DNA from: Priapulus caudatus
Taxonomy: Eukaryota
DNA length: 47,589 nt
Direction: 5' to 3'
Assembly (NCBI RefSeq): GCF_000485595.1
Contig: NW_014577071.1
Location: 610,942 to 658,530, forward strand
Positions within the stretch are counted from its first letter, which is position 1, and each line of letters starts with the position of its first letter. Positions 1-10,281 of this stretch are shown in pieces. The notes under the pieces were generated by a model. The model had not been told where the DNA came from and searched no databases. It saw only the letters and a program-made list of their open reading frames with translations. A program made the position numbers and the translations under genes.

Positions 1-113
<113 letters not shown>

Positions 114-114
114 C

Positions 115-178
115 TATATGTCCTTTATGTCCCTATATGTCCATATATGTCCCTATATTGTTCCTATATATTTCTATG
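115..178. repeat. Short ~11-bp tandem repeat (TATATGTCCC-like)
   Basis: ctatatgtcctttatgtccctatatgtccatatatgtccctatattgttcctatatatttctatg. Confidence 0.75.
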
Positions 179-1726
179 AAACACGTAACGCGTATACACA
201 GCTGGTGTATTATAGACAGCAAAGCCCGTACAGAGACCGCAATCTCTCTCTCTCATGCGCTAATAGATATTTGTATGCGGCTAGTTTAACAGTAAAGCCT
301 CAGTGTCTTGTGTTTCAGTTTGCAGTCATTTTCATTCGAAGGATATCGGCGTTTGATACGAACAGGAGCGAAATGCTAGCCGGACCTTTATCGTCTCGTC
401 GTTCTTCTTACTCTTCCCGAGGGTGGGCCAAAATTATGCAACGATTTCGTTGTTATGCAAATGCCATCCCATCGCCGTATTTTCCGTTCGCATCTCTCAA
501 ATGCATACTTGAATATACGTCGCGTGGCTAAATGAATTTATTATGTAAATTTAATTTCGAGAAGATTTGTAAGTTACGTAAACATGTCACGAGCTAATTT
601 TTAGTGAATGACGACCCGTGGGTAATTGACATCGTTCGCCCGTCACGTGACCGTATATTGACGTGACCAACGCTAATTTAAATATTGCGTGGGCGCAATA
701 CAACATGGCAGTAAACTTTATTTTAAAACTATATTTTAATGCTGTTAATCTCGTTAGAAACCGATACAAAAATTCTGAAAAAATTGATGCCAAGTTCAGT
801 TCGTAATCGGTAGTTTATATAGTAGTGGTATTTTGGTATGAGTTCCAATATTGCTTAGACCGGCTTGTTTCACGCCACGGGGACGGTGGAAAATGCATTG
901 AATATTAGAAATGGTGACGGAAGAATGCAATATATTATATATAATATATATATATATATAGCAGCAACTAAAAAGTTGGGGAAGATTATAGGCACGCAAC
1001 TACAACGTAGTATACAGTATATAAAGCAGTATACGATATAGGTTTTCGATATGACGTCACTTGCAGCTTGCACAACATCATTGTGAGGGCGTGTGTGCAT
1101 TTGTGATCCATATACGGGTAATTTTCCATCGACGTCGCGATTTTTACATTACCCTTAGTGTAGACGATATCAAAATCAATGTGCACATTGCGAACGCGCA
1201 ATTGCAGCTGAGGTTTATGAAATTTTGCGATTAAATATGACTGAAATGCGACTAATAGACTGAATATTATAATTATATGGACGATTAATGACATTGGAGT
1301 TTACGGTATAGTCAGACGGTTCTCTCACTGTTCGTATGTAGCATCGAAAAAGAGGTCACGAGGAAAAAATACGGCGCACACGCACACACGCACACACACA
1401 TACACACACACTGCACACACACACACACACATACACCAGGTCAAGCACACACGCACTGCGCACTCGCGCGCGCACACACGCACACCACAGACCACCACAC
1501 ACACAATGGACGCTACACCCACTCTGCGCCATACAACACACACGACACACACGAGGTCCACAACACACACACACACAGCACCACACACACACTCTATATT
1601 ATATATAATATAGTATATATATATATATAATATGCGATATCGTTCATTTGCGAGCGACCAATTCTCGAATAAATATCGACGTAAGAGCTCGACCGACGTG
1701 CCCACTATACCTACGCCTATACTTAC

Positions 1727-1965
1727 TTGCAGCCACACTCCGTCCAGATATTTGCTGCGGTTCCGCGTGATGGGCGTTTGGTAGGCCGACGGTGGATGTC
1801 CGTACGCACGACTTCTTCTTTGCCATGGCGGCCGCCTGTGTCTTTCGTCGCGTTAGCGGACGCCTTGCTGATGTACTCCCACCGCAGCATACTCAACGAG
1901 CGAGGCGAACACCATAGATAGCAGATTCCGAGCATACCATGTCCAATACTTTTTATGTACGATAC
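1727..1965 (-). CDS. Rdl: RDL-like exon 8 (TM3 and start of the cytoplasmic loop); carries several indels and lacks the acceptor AG as assembled
   Basis: Starts GTA TCG TAC ATA AAA AGT ATT (VSYIKSI) after ...tttttctac. LGICY follows, then MVFASLVEYAAVG (from 1915) in a shifted frame. Strong donor gtaagt at 1726-1721. Allowing about 5 single-base indels gives VSYIKSIDMYLGICYxMVFASLVEYAAVGYISK. Confidence 0.8.
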
Positions 1966-2226
1966 GTAGAAAAACTATACGATCTATGTAATTAAATAAA
2001 TCAATAAATAAATCCATAAATATATATAGGCTATATATATATATATATATATGATATACTATATATCTTTATATATATATGTTATATAGCGCTATATATA
2101 ATATATTTATTTATCTTATTTATTTATTTATTTACATATACTCGTATCTTTTCCTAAGTATGTACATCAAAAGTAGATCACATCTATAGCTCACTATCTA
2201 CTATATACATATCTATATAATATATA

Positions 2227-2313
2227 TAGAGAGAGAGAGAGAGAGAGAAGCGAGAGAGAGAAAGAGCGAGAGAGAGAGAGAGAGAGAGAGGAGGAGACGA
2301 GAGAGAAGAGAGC

Positions 2314-2344
<31 letters not shown>

Positions 2345-2408
2345 CGAGAGCGAGAAAGAGCAGAGAGAGAGAGAGAGACGAGAGAGAGGGAGAGAGAGAG
2401 AGAGTGAG

Positions 2409-2440
<32 letters not shown>

Positions 2441-2480
2441 GAGAGAAGAGAGAGAGCAGCGAGAGAGAGAGAGAAGAGCG
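2227..2480. repeat. Imperfect (GA)n microsatellite
   Basis: Direct reading; many single-base interruptions. Confidence 0.95.
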
Positions 2481-3343
2481 ATTTAGTTATACTGTGCGCC
2501 AAGGTCCGTTAGCGCGCGCGGCCTTGAATCTACATGTGACGACGTCCGACGCTGCGAGCAAATACTACTAGTTCTAGATTATTCCCNNNNNNNNNNNNNN
2601 NNNNNNNNNNNGCGGATCTAAATTTAAAAATAGGAATGGCCCCCCACACCGCGGGCGCACCTGGAAAATTATCGTGATAGAAGACCCTAATTATAGTACC
2701 CCCAAAACCGGATCAATCCATTAATCAGCAATTAGGCCTCATATATCTCACCTCCACATAATAGACATACGCATATTTGCCATTAAAAACCCAACGATCC
2801 GCACGCCGACACGCCTACAGCATATAGCTGAGAATCTACTTACAGGCCGTACACAAAACTGATGCCCCCCGAACACTTAGATATTTAAATTATGAATGAT
2901 TTACGGACCACGAACTGGCCAGGCTACTTTCTCGCATGATTAGTACAGATTAACATTCCTTCACACGATTAATGTAGCTTTCATTGTCACTTATGTACCA
3001 CAAAGATGGCTAAGGATTATACCCCTCTCATACCCCTACTCATATTAATATATATATATACTATATACATATATATAAAGAGAGAGAGAGACGAGACGAG
3101 AGAGAGTGCGGAGGGACGGCCAGTAACGAGGCGAGATGAGATGTTAAGATAGAAGGAGACGAGTCACGGACGAGAGAGGTCACGACCCGGCAGAGACAGA
3201 GAGAGAGAGCGCGAAGAGAGATAGAGTGAACGAAAGACCGAAGCCTTAGAAAGAGAGAACCGGAGAGATCTTCTATTACTACAATACTCGCAGCTTCGCG
3301 GGCAGCTGACGTGGGCCGTGCAGCAATCTACGTCACCACGCAC

Positions 3344-3558
3344 CTTCGGCAACTGCGAGTTGGTGTTCGATATGAGGGTGGTCATCGTTAGAACTGTCGT
3401 CACACCGAGTGCGACACGGGCCGGAGCCGACCCTCTGTCCAGCCAGAAGGACACCCACGAGATGACAACGATCAGATTCGCCGGCAGGTAAATCTGGAGC
3501 AGGTAATACTCGATGCGGCGAGTGAATGTCAGGAAGACCTTTAGGCGAGAATATGTAC
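3344..3558 (-). CDS. Rdl: RDL-like exon 7 (215 nt): loop C, TM1 and pore-lining TM2
   Basis: tttttacctgcgcag|GT ACA TAT TCT CGC...TTG CCG AAG|gtgcgt. Translates [72 protein letters not shown], including the PAR anion-selectivity motif. Confidence 0.97.
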
Positions 3559-3875
3559 CTGCGCAGGTAAAAAGAAAAAACGCTTAGACGCGCGTTAAAA
3601 ACCCAGCGTTAAGAATGGTCACGCATTGTGTTATTACTAGATGACGCTAAGGCATTCAGATTTGGTTTGTTAGCGGTTCGTGTGCGTTTTTAAAGGACGC
3701 GGTTCACGCTTTCGTGCGCATGTTATAAATGATTAAATAAGGGGACGTTAGTGATTATTAATGATTAGTAATGATAGATTTACTCGATTATTCAAGAAAC
3801 TTAAATTATTTATTTATTCATTGCGCTGCGATGTCACCAAATTCGTCGTTCATTCGTTTCTTCGTTTAATCATTT

Positions 3876-3930
3876 GTTCGTTCGTTCGTTCGTTCGTTCG
3901 TTCGTTCGTTCGTTCGTTCGTTCGTCCGTT
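3876..3930. repeat. (TTCG)n tetranucleotide repeat
   Basis: Direct reading. Confidence 0.95.
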
Positions 3931-3942
3931 CATTCATTCTAT

Positions 3943-3981
3943 CAAGAGCAGATAAAGAAGATCCTTCTTTATCTGCTCTTG
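3943..3981. mobile_element. 39-bp palindromic insertion with 7-bp TSD (putative P/Galileo-type excision footprint)
   Basis: attctat[CAAGAGCAGATAAAGAAG atc CTTCTTTATCTGCTCTTG]attctat. Perfect 18-bp arms; ATTCTAT at 3936-3942 and 3982-3988. Confidence 0.75.
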
Positions 3982-4065
3982 ATTCTATTCGTCCGCTCGT
4001 TCGTTCCTTCCTTCCTTAATTCACCAATTCGTTTATTCATGCATAAGATTAGAAATGCATCGTAC

Positions 4066-4203
4066 CTGTTGACGTGTTAGCATATACGGAAGTCTTTTCG
4101 ACTTTTATAATTTCAAACTGTGGCAGATGTTTCACCTCCTTTGGTATGGCAACTGGTTTGTCCTCGCCCCAGCCATAACTAATATCCTTAGCACTATAGC
4201 CGT
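4066..4203 (-). CDS. Rdl: RDL-like exon 6 (138 nt): end of loop B, loop F, start of loop C
   Basis: tttcttacag|AC GGC TAT AGT GCT AAG GAT ATT...ACG TCA ACA G|gtacga. Translates YGYSAKDISYGWGEDKPVAIPKEVKHLPQFEIIKVEKTSVYANTSTG. Conserved 138-nt length, phase 1 at both ends. Confidence 0.95.
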
Positions 4204-4389
4204 CTGTAAGAAACCAATAACAAACAAATTAATAAATGAATGACAACAGTAGGCAGTGATCGCGCAAAACAATTACTTAGTTGCAACTGGGTAACTATTG
4301 ACGAGCGCACACACGCACACGCACGCACGCACACACACACCCACGCACGCGCGCACACACACACGCACGCACGCACGCACGCACGCACG

Positions 4390-4974
4390 NNNNNNNNNNN
4401 NNNNNNNNNNNNNNNNNNNNNNNNNNNNNNNNNNNNNNNNNNNNNNNNNNNNNNNNNNNNNNNNNNNNNNNNNNNNNNNNNNNNNNNNNNNNNNNNNNNN
4501 NNNNNNNNNNNNNNNNNNNNNNNNNNNNNNNNNNNNNNNNNNNNNNNNNNNNNNNNNNNNNNNNNNNNNNNNNNNNNNNNNNNNNNNNNNNNNNNNNNNN
4601 NNNNNNNNNNNNNNNNNNNNNNNNNNNNNNNNNNNNNNNNNNNNNNNNNNNNNNNNNNNNNNNNNNNNNNNNNNNNNNNNNNNNNNNNNNNNNNNNNNNN
4701 NNNNNNNNNNNNNNNNNNNNNNNNNNNNNNNNNNNNNNNNNNNNNNNNNNNNNNNNNNNNNNNNNNNNNNNNNNNNNNNNNNNNNNNNNNNNNNNNNNNN
4801 NNNNNNNNNNNNNNNNNNNNNNNNNNNNNNNNNNNNNNNNNNNNNNNNNNNNNNNNNNNNNNNNNNNNNNNNNNNNNNNNNNNNNNNNNNNNNNNNNNNN
4901 NNNNNNNNNNNNNNNNNNNNNNNNNNNNNNNNNNNNNNNNNNNNNNNNNNNNNNNNNNNNNNNNNNNNNNNNNN
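4390..4974. other. Assembly gap (585 N). Other gaps: 2587-2611, 11688-11697, 13532-13541, 34390-34414, 39918-40183, 44432-44660
   Basis: Runs of N, most of them abutting microsatellites. Confidence 0.99.
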
Positions 4975-5592
4975 ATAGATAACTATTCGATAAACTATTC
5001 GATCACTATAGATAACTATTCGATTAGTTTGACTTCTATATTATAGAGATCAGTAGATGACGCGAATGACGATGACGAACAAACATGGCAAACGACATGA
5101 TACAAACATGGTCGCCATATAGAGTGACGGTTGTTTCAGCAAATCACGGAAGCAGATTCCTGATGCTGGTCACGATTTCCTTAAACAGGAAAGCAACCGT
5201 GTGTTACGATTTCCTATTATAATTACTACAATGACCTTGCGCGCGCATTGGAGACTATTTCGATATACAATTCGACTTTCGATTAGAAATACGAAAGATA
5301 GAAAACATCGTCTGCTATAGCGTCGATGCGTAAAGATCACGACCGGACGCCAACTCGTCTGCGAAGTTTTCGACTCGCCGCCATCGACTCCGGTTTAAAC
5401 GTTAAAATTATGGATTTCGCGTCGCCTTTATGGGATCTGTAAATGTAATCTTGCGACGTCGCCGACTGCCGTTGGGGGGCTCGTAAACGCTGATCGAACG
5501 ACGACGGCGGAGATTCGATGCACGCGTAGCAATCGGCTGCGAAACGCGCCGAGAAAACGCAACCAAGTAAACGATAATTGGCAAAGTGAGGC

Positions 5593-5762
5593 GAAGAAGA
5601 AGAAGACAAAGACGAGGAAGAGGAGGCGGAATAAAAAGAAGAGGAAAGAAAATAGGAAGAAGAAGAGAAAGAGGAAGAGGAAGAGGAAGAGGAAGAGGAC
5701 GAAGAAGGAAAAGACAAAGAGGAAAAAAAGTAGAGGAAGAAGAAGAAGGAGAAGGAGAAGAG
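5593..5762. repeat. Purine-rich (GAA/GAG)n low-complexity tract
   Basis: Direct reading. Confidence 0.9.
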
Positions 5763-5927
5763 ATCCTTCGCGTTAGCTGTACGTTCTATGTAGCAACGCC
5801 GCAGCCATTCTTTAATAATATCGTTGTAATATTTATATGCCTCTACGTCTCGAATGATCGGAGACAGTCCGTTCCAACTCCATGTAGGCGGCTCGTTACG
5901 TTATATACGCTCGCTGTAGTCGCTGCC

Positions 5928-6212
5928 TGTTCTGCTAGCATCTATGACAAATACGACATACGCATACACGCTCTCCTATGACACTATCTGTCATATGAAG
6001 ATTCTTCCTATGACAAATAATGTTGTATGTGTTGTGCGCATCATAGGAGTTTAGGAGCGCTATTATGAACGCAAGCAGTGAATTTCAGCTGTAAAGCGAA
6101 ACGAAGTTCACTCGTCAATATTTGTCATAGGAAGAATCTTCCTATATGACAAATAATGTCATAGGAGAGCGTATATGCGTATGTCGTATTTGTCATAGAT
6201 GCTAGCAGAACA
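5928..6212. mobile_element. MITE-like element with ~95-bp terminal inverted repeats
   Basis: Left arm TGTTCTGCTAGCATCTATGACAAATACGACATACGCATA...CTTCCTATGACAAATA is nearly the reverse complement of the right arm TATTTGTCATAGGAAG...TATGCGTATGTCGTATTTGTCATAGATGCTAGCAGAACA. Spacer about 95 bp; no clear TSD. Confidence 0.8.
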
Positions 6213-6454
6213 TGTTGTTATGTTATATGCGCTCTCACTGTAGTCGGGGTGGGTCAGGACGCATGGCATTACGCCGGGCTGCGTGGTGGATACGTGCGAG
6301 AGTCAAGGCTCTCGGGTTAGTTCGTCTCATTATGGGCTACATTTGTAACATTTTAGCAACAGCACGTCTGAAAGGTTGCGAATTAGGGAGGCGATGTAAA
6401 GTGACAATCGCGCTCACCAGCGCCGCCTAATGAACGGAACAGGCAACTCATTAC

Positions 6455-6838
6455 AGGGAGAGAGAGGGGGGGGGAGAGGAAGGGGGAGAGGTTGAGAGAG
6501 AGGGAGAGGGAGAGGTTGAGAGAGAGGGAGAGGGAGAGGTTGAGAGAGACGGAGAGTGGCTGAGAGAGCGAGAGAGAGAGAGAGAGAGGGGGTGAGAGAG
6601 GAAGGGGAGAGGTTGAGAGAGACGGAGAGTGAGTGAGAGAGCGAAAGAGAGAGAGAGAGAGACAGGGAGAGAATGACAGAGAGGTAGAGAGCGAGAGAGA
6701 GAGAGAGAGAGAGGGAAGGAGCGAGAGAAAGCGAAAGAGAGCGCGTGAGAAGGAGAGAAAGAGAGAAAAAAAGGGGGAGAAAGAGAGCGTGAAAGGAAGC
6801 GAGAGCGAGAGAGAGAGAGAGAGAGAGAGAGGGGGAGG
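6455..6838. repeat. Imperfect (GA)n purine tract
   Basis: Direct reading. Confidence 0.95.
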
Positions 6839-7760
6839 GTTCGCTGGGTTCCGCGCACGTCAGCCAGTGGGCTGTATTAAACGAATGCTCGACAAGCTGT
6901 ATTCAACGTTTTATTCACCTCTTGATGCCGCGCGAGGGTGTGCGCGAATGGGAAACTTTGACCTGATTAAGCACCGTTACTATACGCATCGTTATTTCCT
7001 TGTACTTTCATTTCCTTTCCTTTTTATTCGTTATTGTCGCTCATTGCTACGATGACCGAATACCAACAAACCACCGTCGCAGCAGTGGCGGACGGTTTCC
7101 CGGCGTGGGGTTTTCCTTTACTAACCGTGCATCTGAATGGAATTACATGTGCATTTAATCGCAATGAATCCGGCAGGATTTTAAGGCGCCCGACCCCAGG
7201 ATTGTCTGTTCGGAACGCCGCCGCAACGCAATCGATAGTAGCATCCCTAAGCCATTTGATTGAGGAAATCAACTAGATCTCGTTGTGTGCAAAGAATCCC
7301 GTCGGCCGAAGCGTCATCCGATTTGCTAACGTATGCCTTTCGTGTTTTTTTTTCGCTCGCCCAAGCGAATGAGACTCGCAGCCTCCGACCAACGACGCGT
7401 TTATTAAGTTATGCTTTAAAATCGGGGATGGCTTCTGCGAGAGCAGAGATAGCGGCTGGGATCGCGAGCGGGAGATCAACCCTCCGTGTGTGATTACGGA
7501 CGTACACGCGCTTCGCTGCGCCGATCTTTTCATACATCGTGTTTCCTCCCCGTGCCTTATCACGTGATGTATGGCTTCATCTCGCGCGTGCAGTTATCGG
7601 TGCGTGTAGCGGCGTCACCGGACAGCGCGCAATTAAAAGCATGTTATCTTACATGCATCTGCTGTTGTTAAGGGCGTGATACGCGGGTTGTTTTGTTTTC
7701 CAATTATACTGCGATGATTTTAGCATCACGCAACGAAGCCATGTGCAGATTCTTCCATTC

Positions 7761-7946
7761 TACAGCAATAACTATGTAGATAATCATACTAACGTACATT
7801 AATTACTACGTGTGTGATAATCTTAACAATGTACAACAATAACTATGTAGATATTCATACTAACGTACAACAATAACTACACATGTGATAACATTAACAC
7901 GTAATACAACGTAAAATAGTAACTAAACATATGATAATGCTGACAA
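7761..7946. repeat. Minisatellite of alternating ~34/37-bp units (TACAACAATAACTA core); resumes at 9246-9330
   Basis: Units start near 7761, 7795, 7832 and 7866. The same core recurs at 9246, 9280 and 9317. Confidence 0.85.
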
Positions 7947-8076
7947 GTGTGTGTGTGAGTGAATGTGTGTGTGTGCTTGGGTGTGTACGTGCGTGCGTGC
8001 GTGCGTGCGTGTTTACGTGCGTGCGTGCGTGCGTGTGTACGTGCGAGCGTGCTTGCGTCTGTGTGTGCGTGCGCGC

Positions 8077-8107
<31 letters not shown>

Positions 8108-8190
8108 CGTGCCTGTGTGTGGGTGTGCGTGTGTGCGTGTGTGCCTGCGTGCGTGTGCGTGCATGTACGTGCGCGAATGCGTGCGCACAT
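7947..8190. repeat. (TG)n/(TGCG)n compound microsatellite
   Basis: Direct reading; further (TG)n tracts at 9187-9243 and 9749-9774. Confidence 0.95.
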
Positions 8191-8462
8191 TGCGCAACCA
8201 CGCCTTGTCCTAATGCTAATACATACTAATATTTATATATACAGAAAAAATTGAAATAGCAGCAAGATTTTTATTTGTCAGCGCGCTTTTCGAAATTTCC
8301 ATGCCTGTCTATATCGTCCAAAAGATATTTGTCATATAATTTATAGCTATTTCGTTCGTCACGCCCGTTACTCAGACACGATCGATACACATGCAGCGCG
8401 ATGGTGGAGTGAAAACTCTTCTGAAACGGACGCATCAGTCACTCAGTAACGAGTGCCTGGGG

Positions 8463-8628
8463 CAGCCACGCGACGCAGCCACGCGACGCAGTCATCACGT
8501 GGTATAAAATAGCGGGCAGCCATGCGACGCAGTCGTCACGTGGTATAAAATGGTGGACAGCCACGTGACGCAGCCGTCACGTGGTACATAATAACGAGAA
8601 GCCACGTGACACATCTGTCACGTGGTAT
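8463..8628. repeat. 41-bp minisatellite, about 4 copies, containing six CACGTG
   Basis: TCACGTGGTA recurs with CACGTG at 8496, 8537, 8578 and 8619 (period 41). Additional CACGTG at 8562 and 8603. Confidence 0.9.
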
Positions 8629-8813
8629 AGTTAGTCACGGAGTGTCACCTAACGTCAAGAACCTCCCCAGAGTCGGGTAGACATGCACATCCACTCGTAA
8701 ACCTCAACAAAATCCAGGCAACAATCGGGGAAGCGAAAATACCAACAAACCCCGATAGCGTGTCTGAATAGTAATTTATCGGCTGGTCCGGCGCGTGATG
8801 CCGTCTTCCTTAC

Positions 8814-9058
8814 CTGAGACTGACTTTCACCTGTCCGTCCCACCGGATGCGCAGAAACGTGTTCTTCGTCGTCGCGTCGTGAAACGAAGCTTTCTTCTCG
8901 TTAACGAAGAAGGTGTCAGGCACCCAGATGTGTTGCAGCATGTTGGCTCCGACCGTGAGAAACTCCGGAAGCTTGCTATGATCTTCAGGTCTGCACGAGG
9001 CATATGACAGTCTCGTGTCGAACCAGAACTGTCTGAAGTAGAAGTCTGAGGTGAAGTC
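8814..9058 (-). CDS. Rdl: RDL-like exon 4 (245 nt): binding loops D, A and E
   Basis: tcttattcgcag|GAC TTC ACC...AGT CTC AG|gtaagg. Translates DFTSDFYFRQFWFDTRLSYASCRPEDHSKLPEFLTVGANMLQHIWVPDTFFVNEKKASFHDATTKNTFLRIRWDGQVKVSLR. Phase 0 in, phase 2 out. Confidence 0.96.
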
Positions 9059-9187
9059 CTGCGAATAAGAATAAAAAGCCAACGACGATTACGAATCTCG
9101 GTAGTTCGGTTTAGATTTGATGAGAGGGTGATGACGTTGCAGAAGCGGCGGTGACGTCACCACGGTCGTGCGACCGCATGAGCGCAG

Positions 9188-9246
<59 letters not shown>

Positions 9247-9476
9247 ACAACAATAACTACGTGAATAATACTACTAACCTACAATAATAACTATGCATAT
9301 GGCAATCCCGACAACATACAACAATGCGACAACTCTATCTACCACACATCAATATCCGTAAATGACGTTTTACTCAAAACGCTGTCGATACGAAACGCTA
9401 TTCTCGCTGCACACAAAGCCCATTGAAATTCACACGAAATAATCTACATAGTAGGGTAGCTGTATGTCTCGCTTAC

Positions 9477-9559
9477 AGCTCTCGATTTCAATAGGGCAGC
9501 GCTGTGAGTCGAGCGGAAAGTCGGCCAAATGCATCGTGCACATCGCAGTTAGCGTTAAC
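9477..9559 (-). CDS. Rdl: RDL-like exon 5 (83 nt): Cys-loop and loop B; out of order relative to exon 4
   Basis: ttattttgcag|G TTA ACG CTA ACT GCG ATG TGC...TGC CCT ATT GAA ATC GAG AGC T|gtaagc. Translates (R)LTLTAMCTMHLADFPLDSQRCPIEIES(Y) with C-x13-C and the conserved 83-nt length. Phase 2 in, phase 1 out. This frame is not in the ORF track. Confidence 0.95.
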
Positions 9560-10185
9560 CTGCAAAATAAAAGGGCAGATGTTAATCTTTCGCGTCGAAA
9601 AAAAATCTGCTAAAAATCTCCGTGACACTGCGTTTTTGCCGTGCCCATTAGGGAATTGCTCATGACGAGCACTGAGCGACGACAGGTGCACACACGCACG
9701 CGTGCGCGTTTACTGTGAACCCGATGATTTCTGCGCTGTTTCTTCTGCGTGTGTGTGTGTGTGTGTGTGTGTGTTTGCGCGTTATTAAAACACGCGGCGA
9801 AGTATCAACGCAGCTTCATTTAGTTCACGCTGCATTTATTTCGGTATGCGTATATTATATCGTATTTATCGTATATATCGTATATATCGGCGGGTGCGTT
9901 CCTTTGTTCGATACAGTAGTGAAGCGTTATAGCTCGTACAAAGGCCCCAGCCTGGGCTCATGCATAATATAGAAGTGCACACGAGATTCGCCGTATACGC
10001 GTTCGCTGCGAAAGCTATTCGCAACAAATTCACCTTCGATGAAAAACAGGCGGGCTTACGTTTCACAGTGTGACCGACACGTGGATGGATCTACCGACGC
10101 ACACCGTCGGCACGTAAAGAAGCACTTGGGTGTGAATTTATGAGCCGTCTGTCGCGAACACTCTTAAAAGAATAGCAATATACAC

Positions 10186-10226
<41 letters not shown>

Positions 10227-10281
10227 TCTGCTGCTGCTACTGCTGCTACTGCTGCTGCTGCTGCTGCTGCTGTCGCTGCTA
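10186..10281. repeat. (CTG)n trinucleotide repeat
   Basis: Direct reading; similar tracts at 13392-13531 (CTG/GGT) and 17706-17830 (CTG/CTA). Confidence 0.95.

Noticed and set aside
180..1700. Search for the TM4 exon (IDKYSR..FP-like)
   Set aside because: No such motif seen on the minus strand; it probably lies beyond the left edge of the window.
9488..9691. ORF-track peptide ending VNANCDVHDAFGRLSARLTALPY
   Set aside because: Wrong frame of exon 5; the conserved Cys-loop is in another frame.
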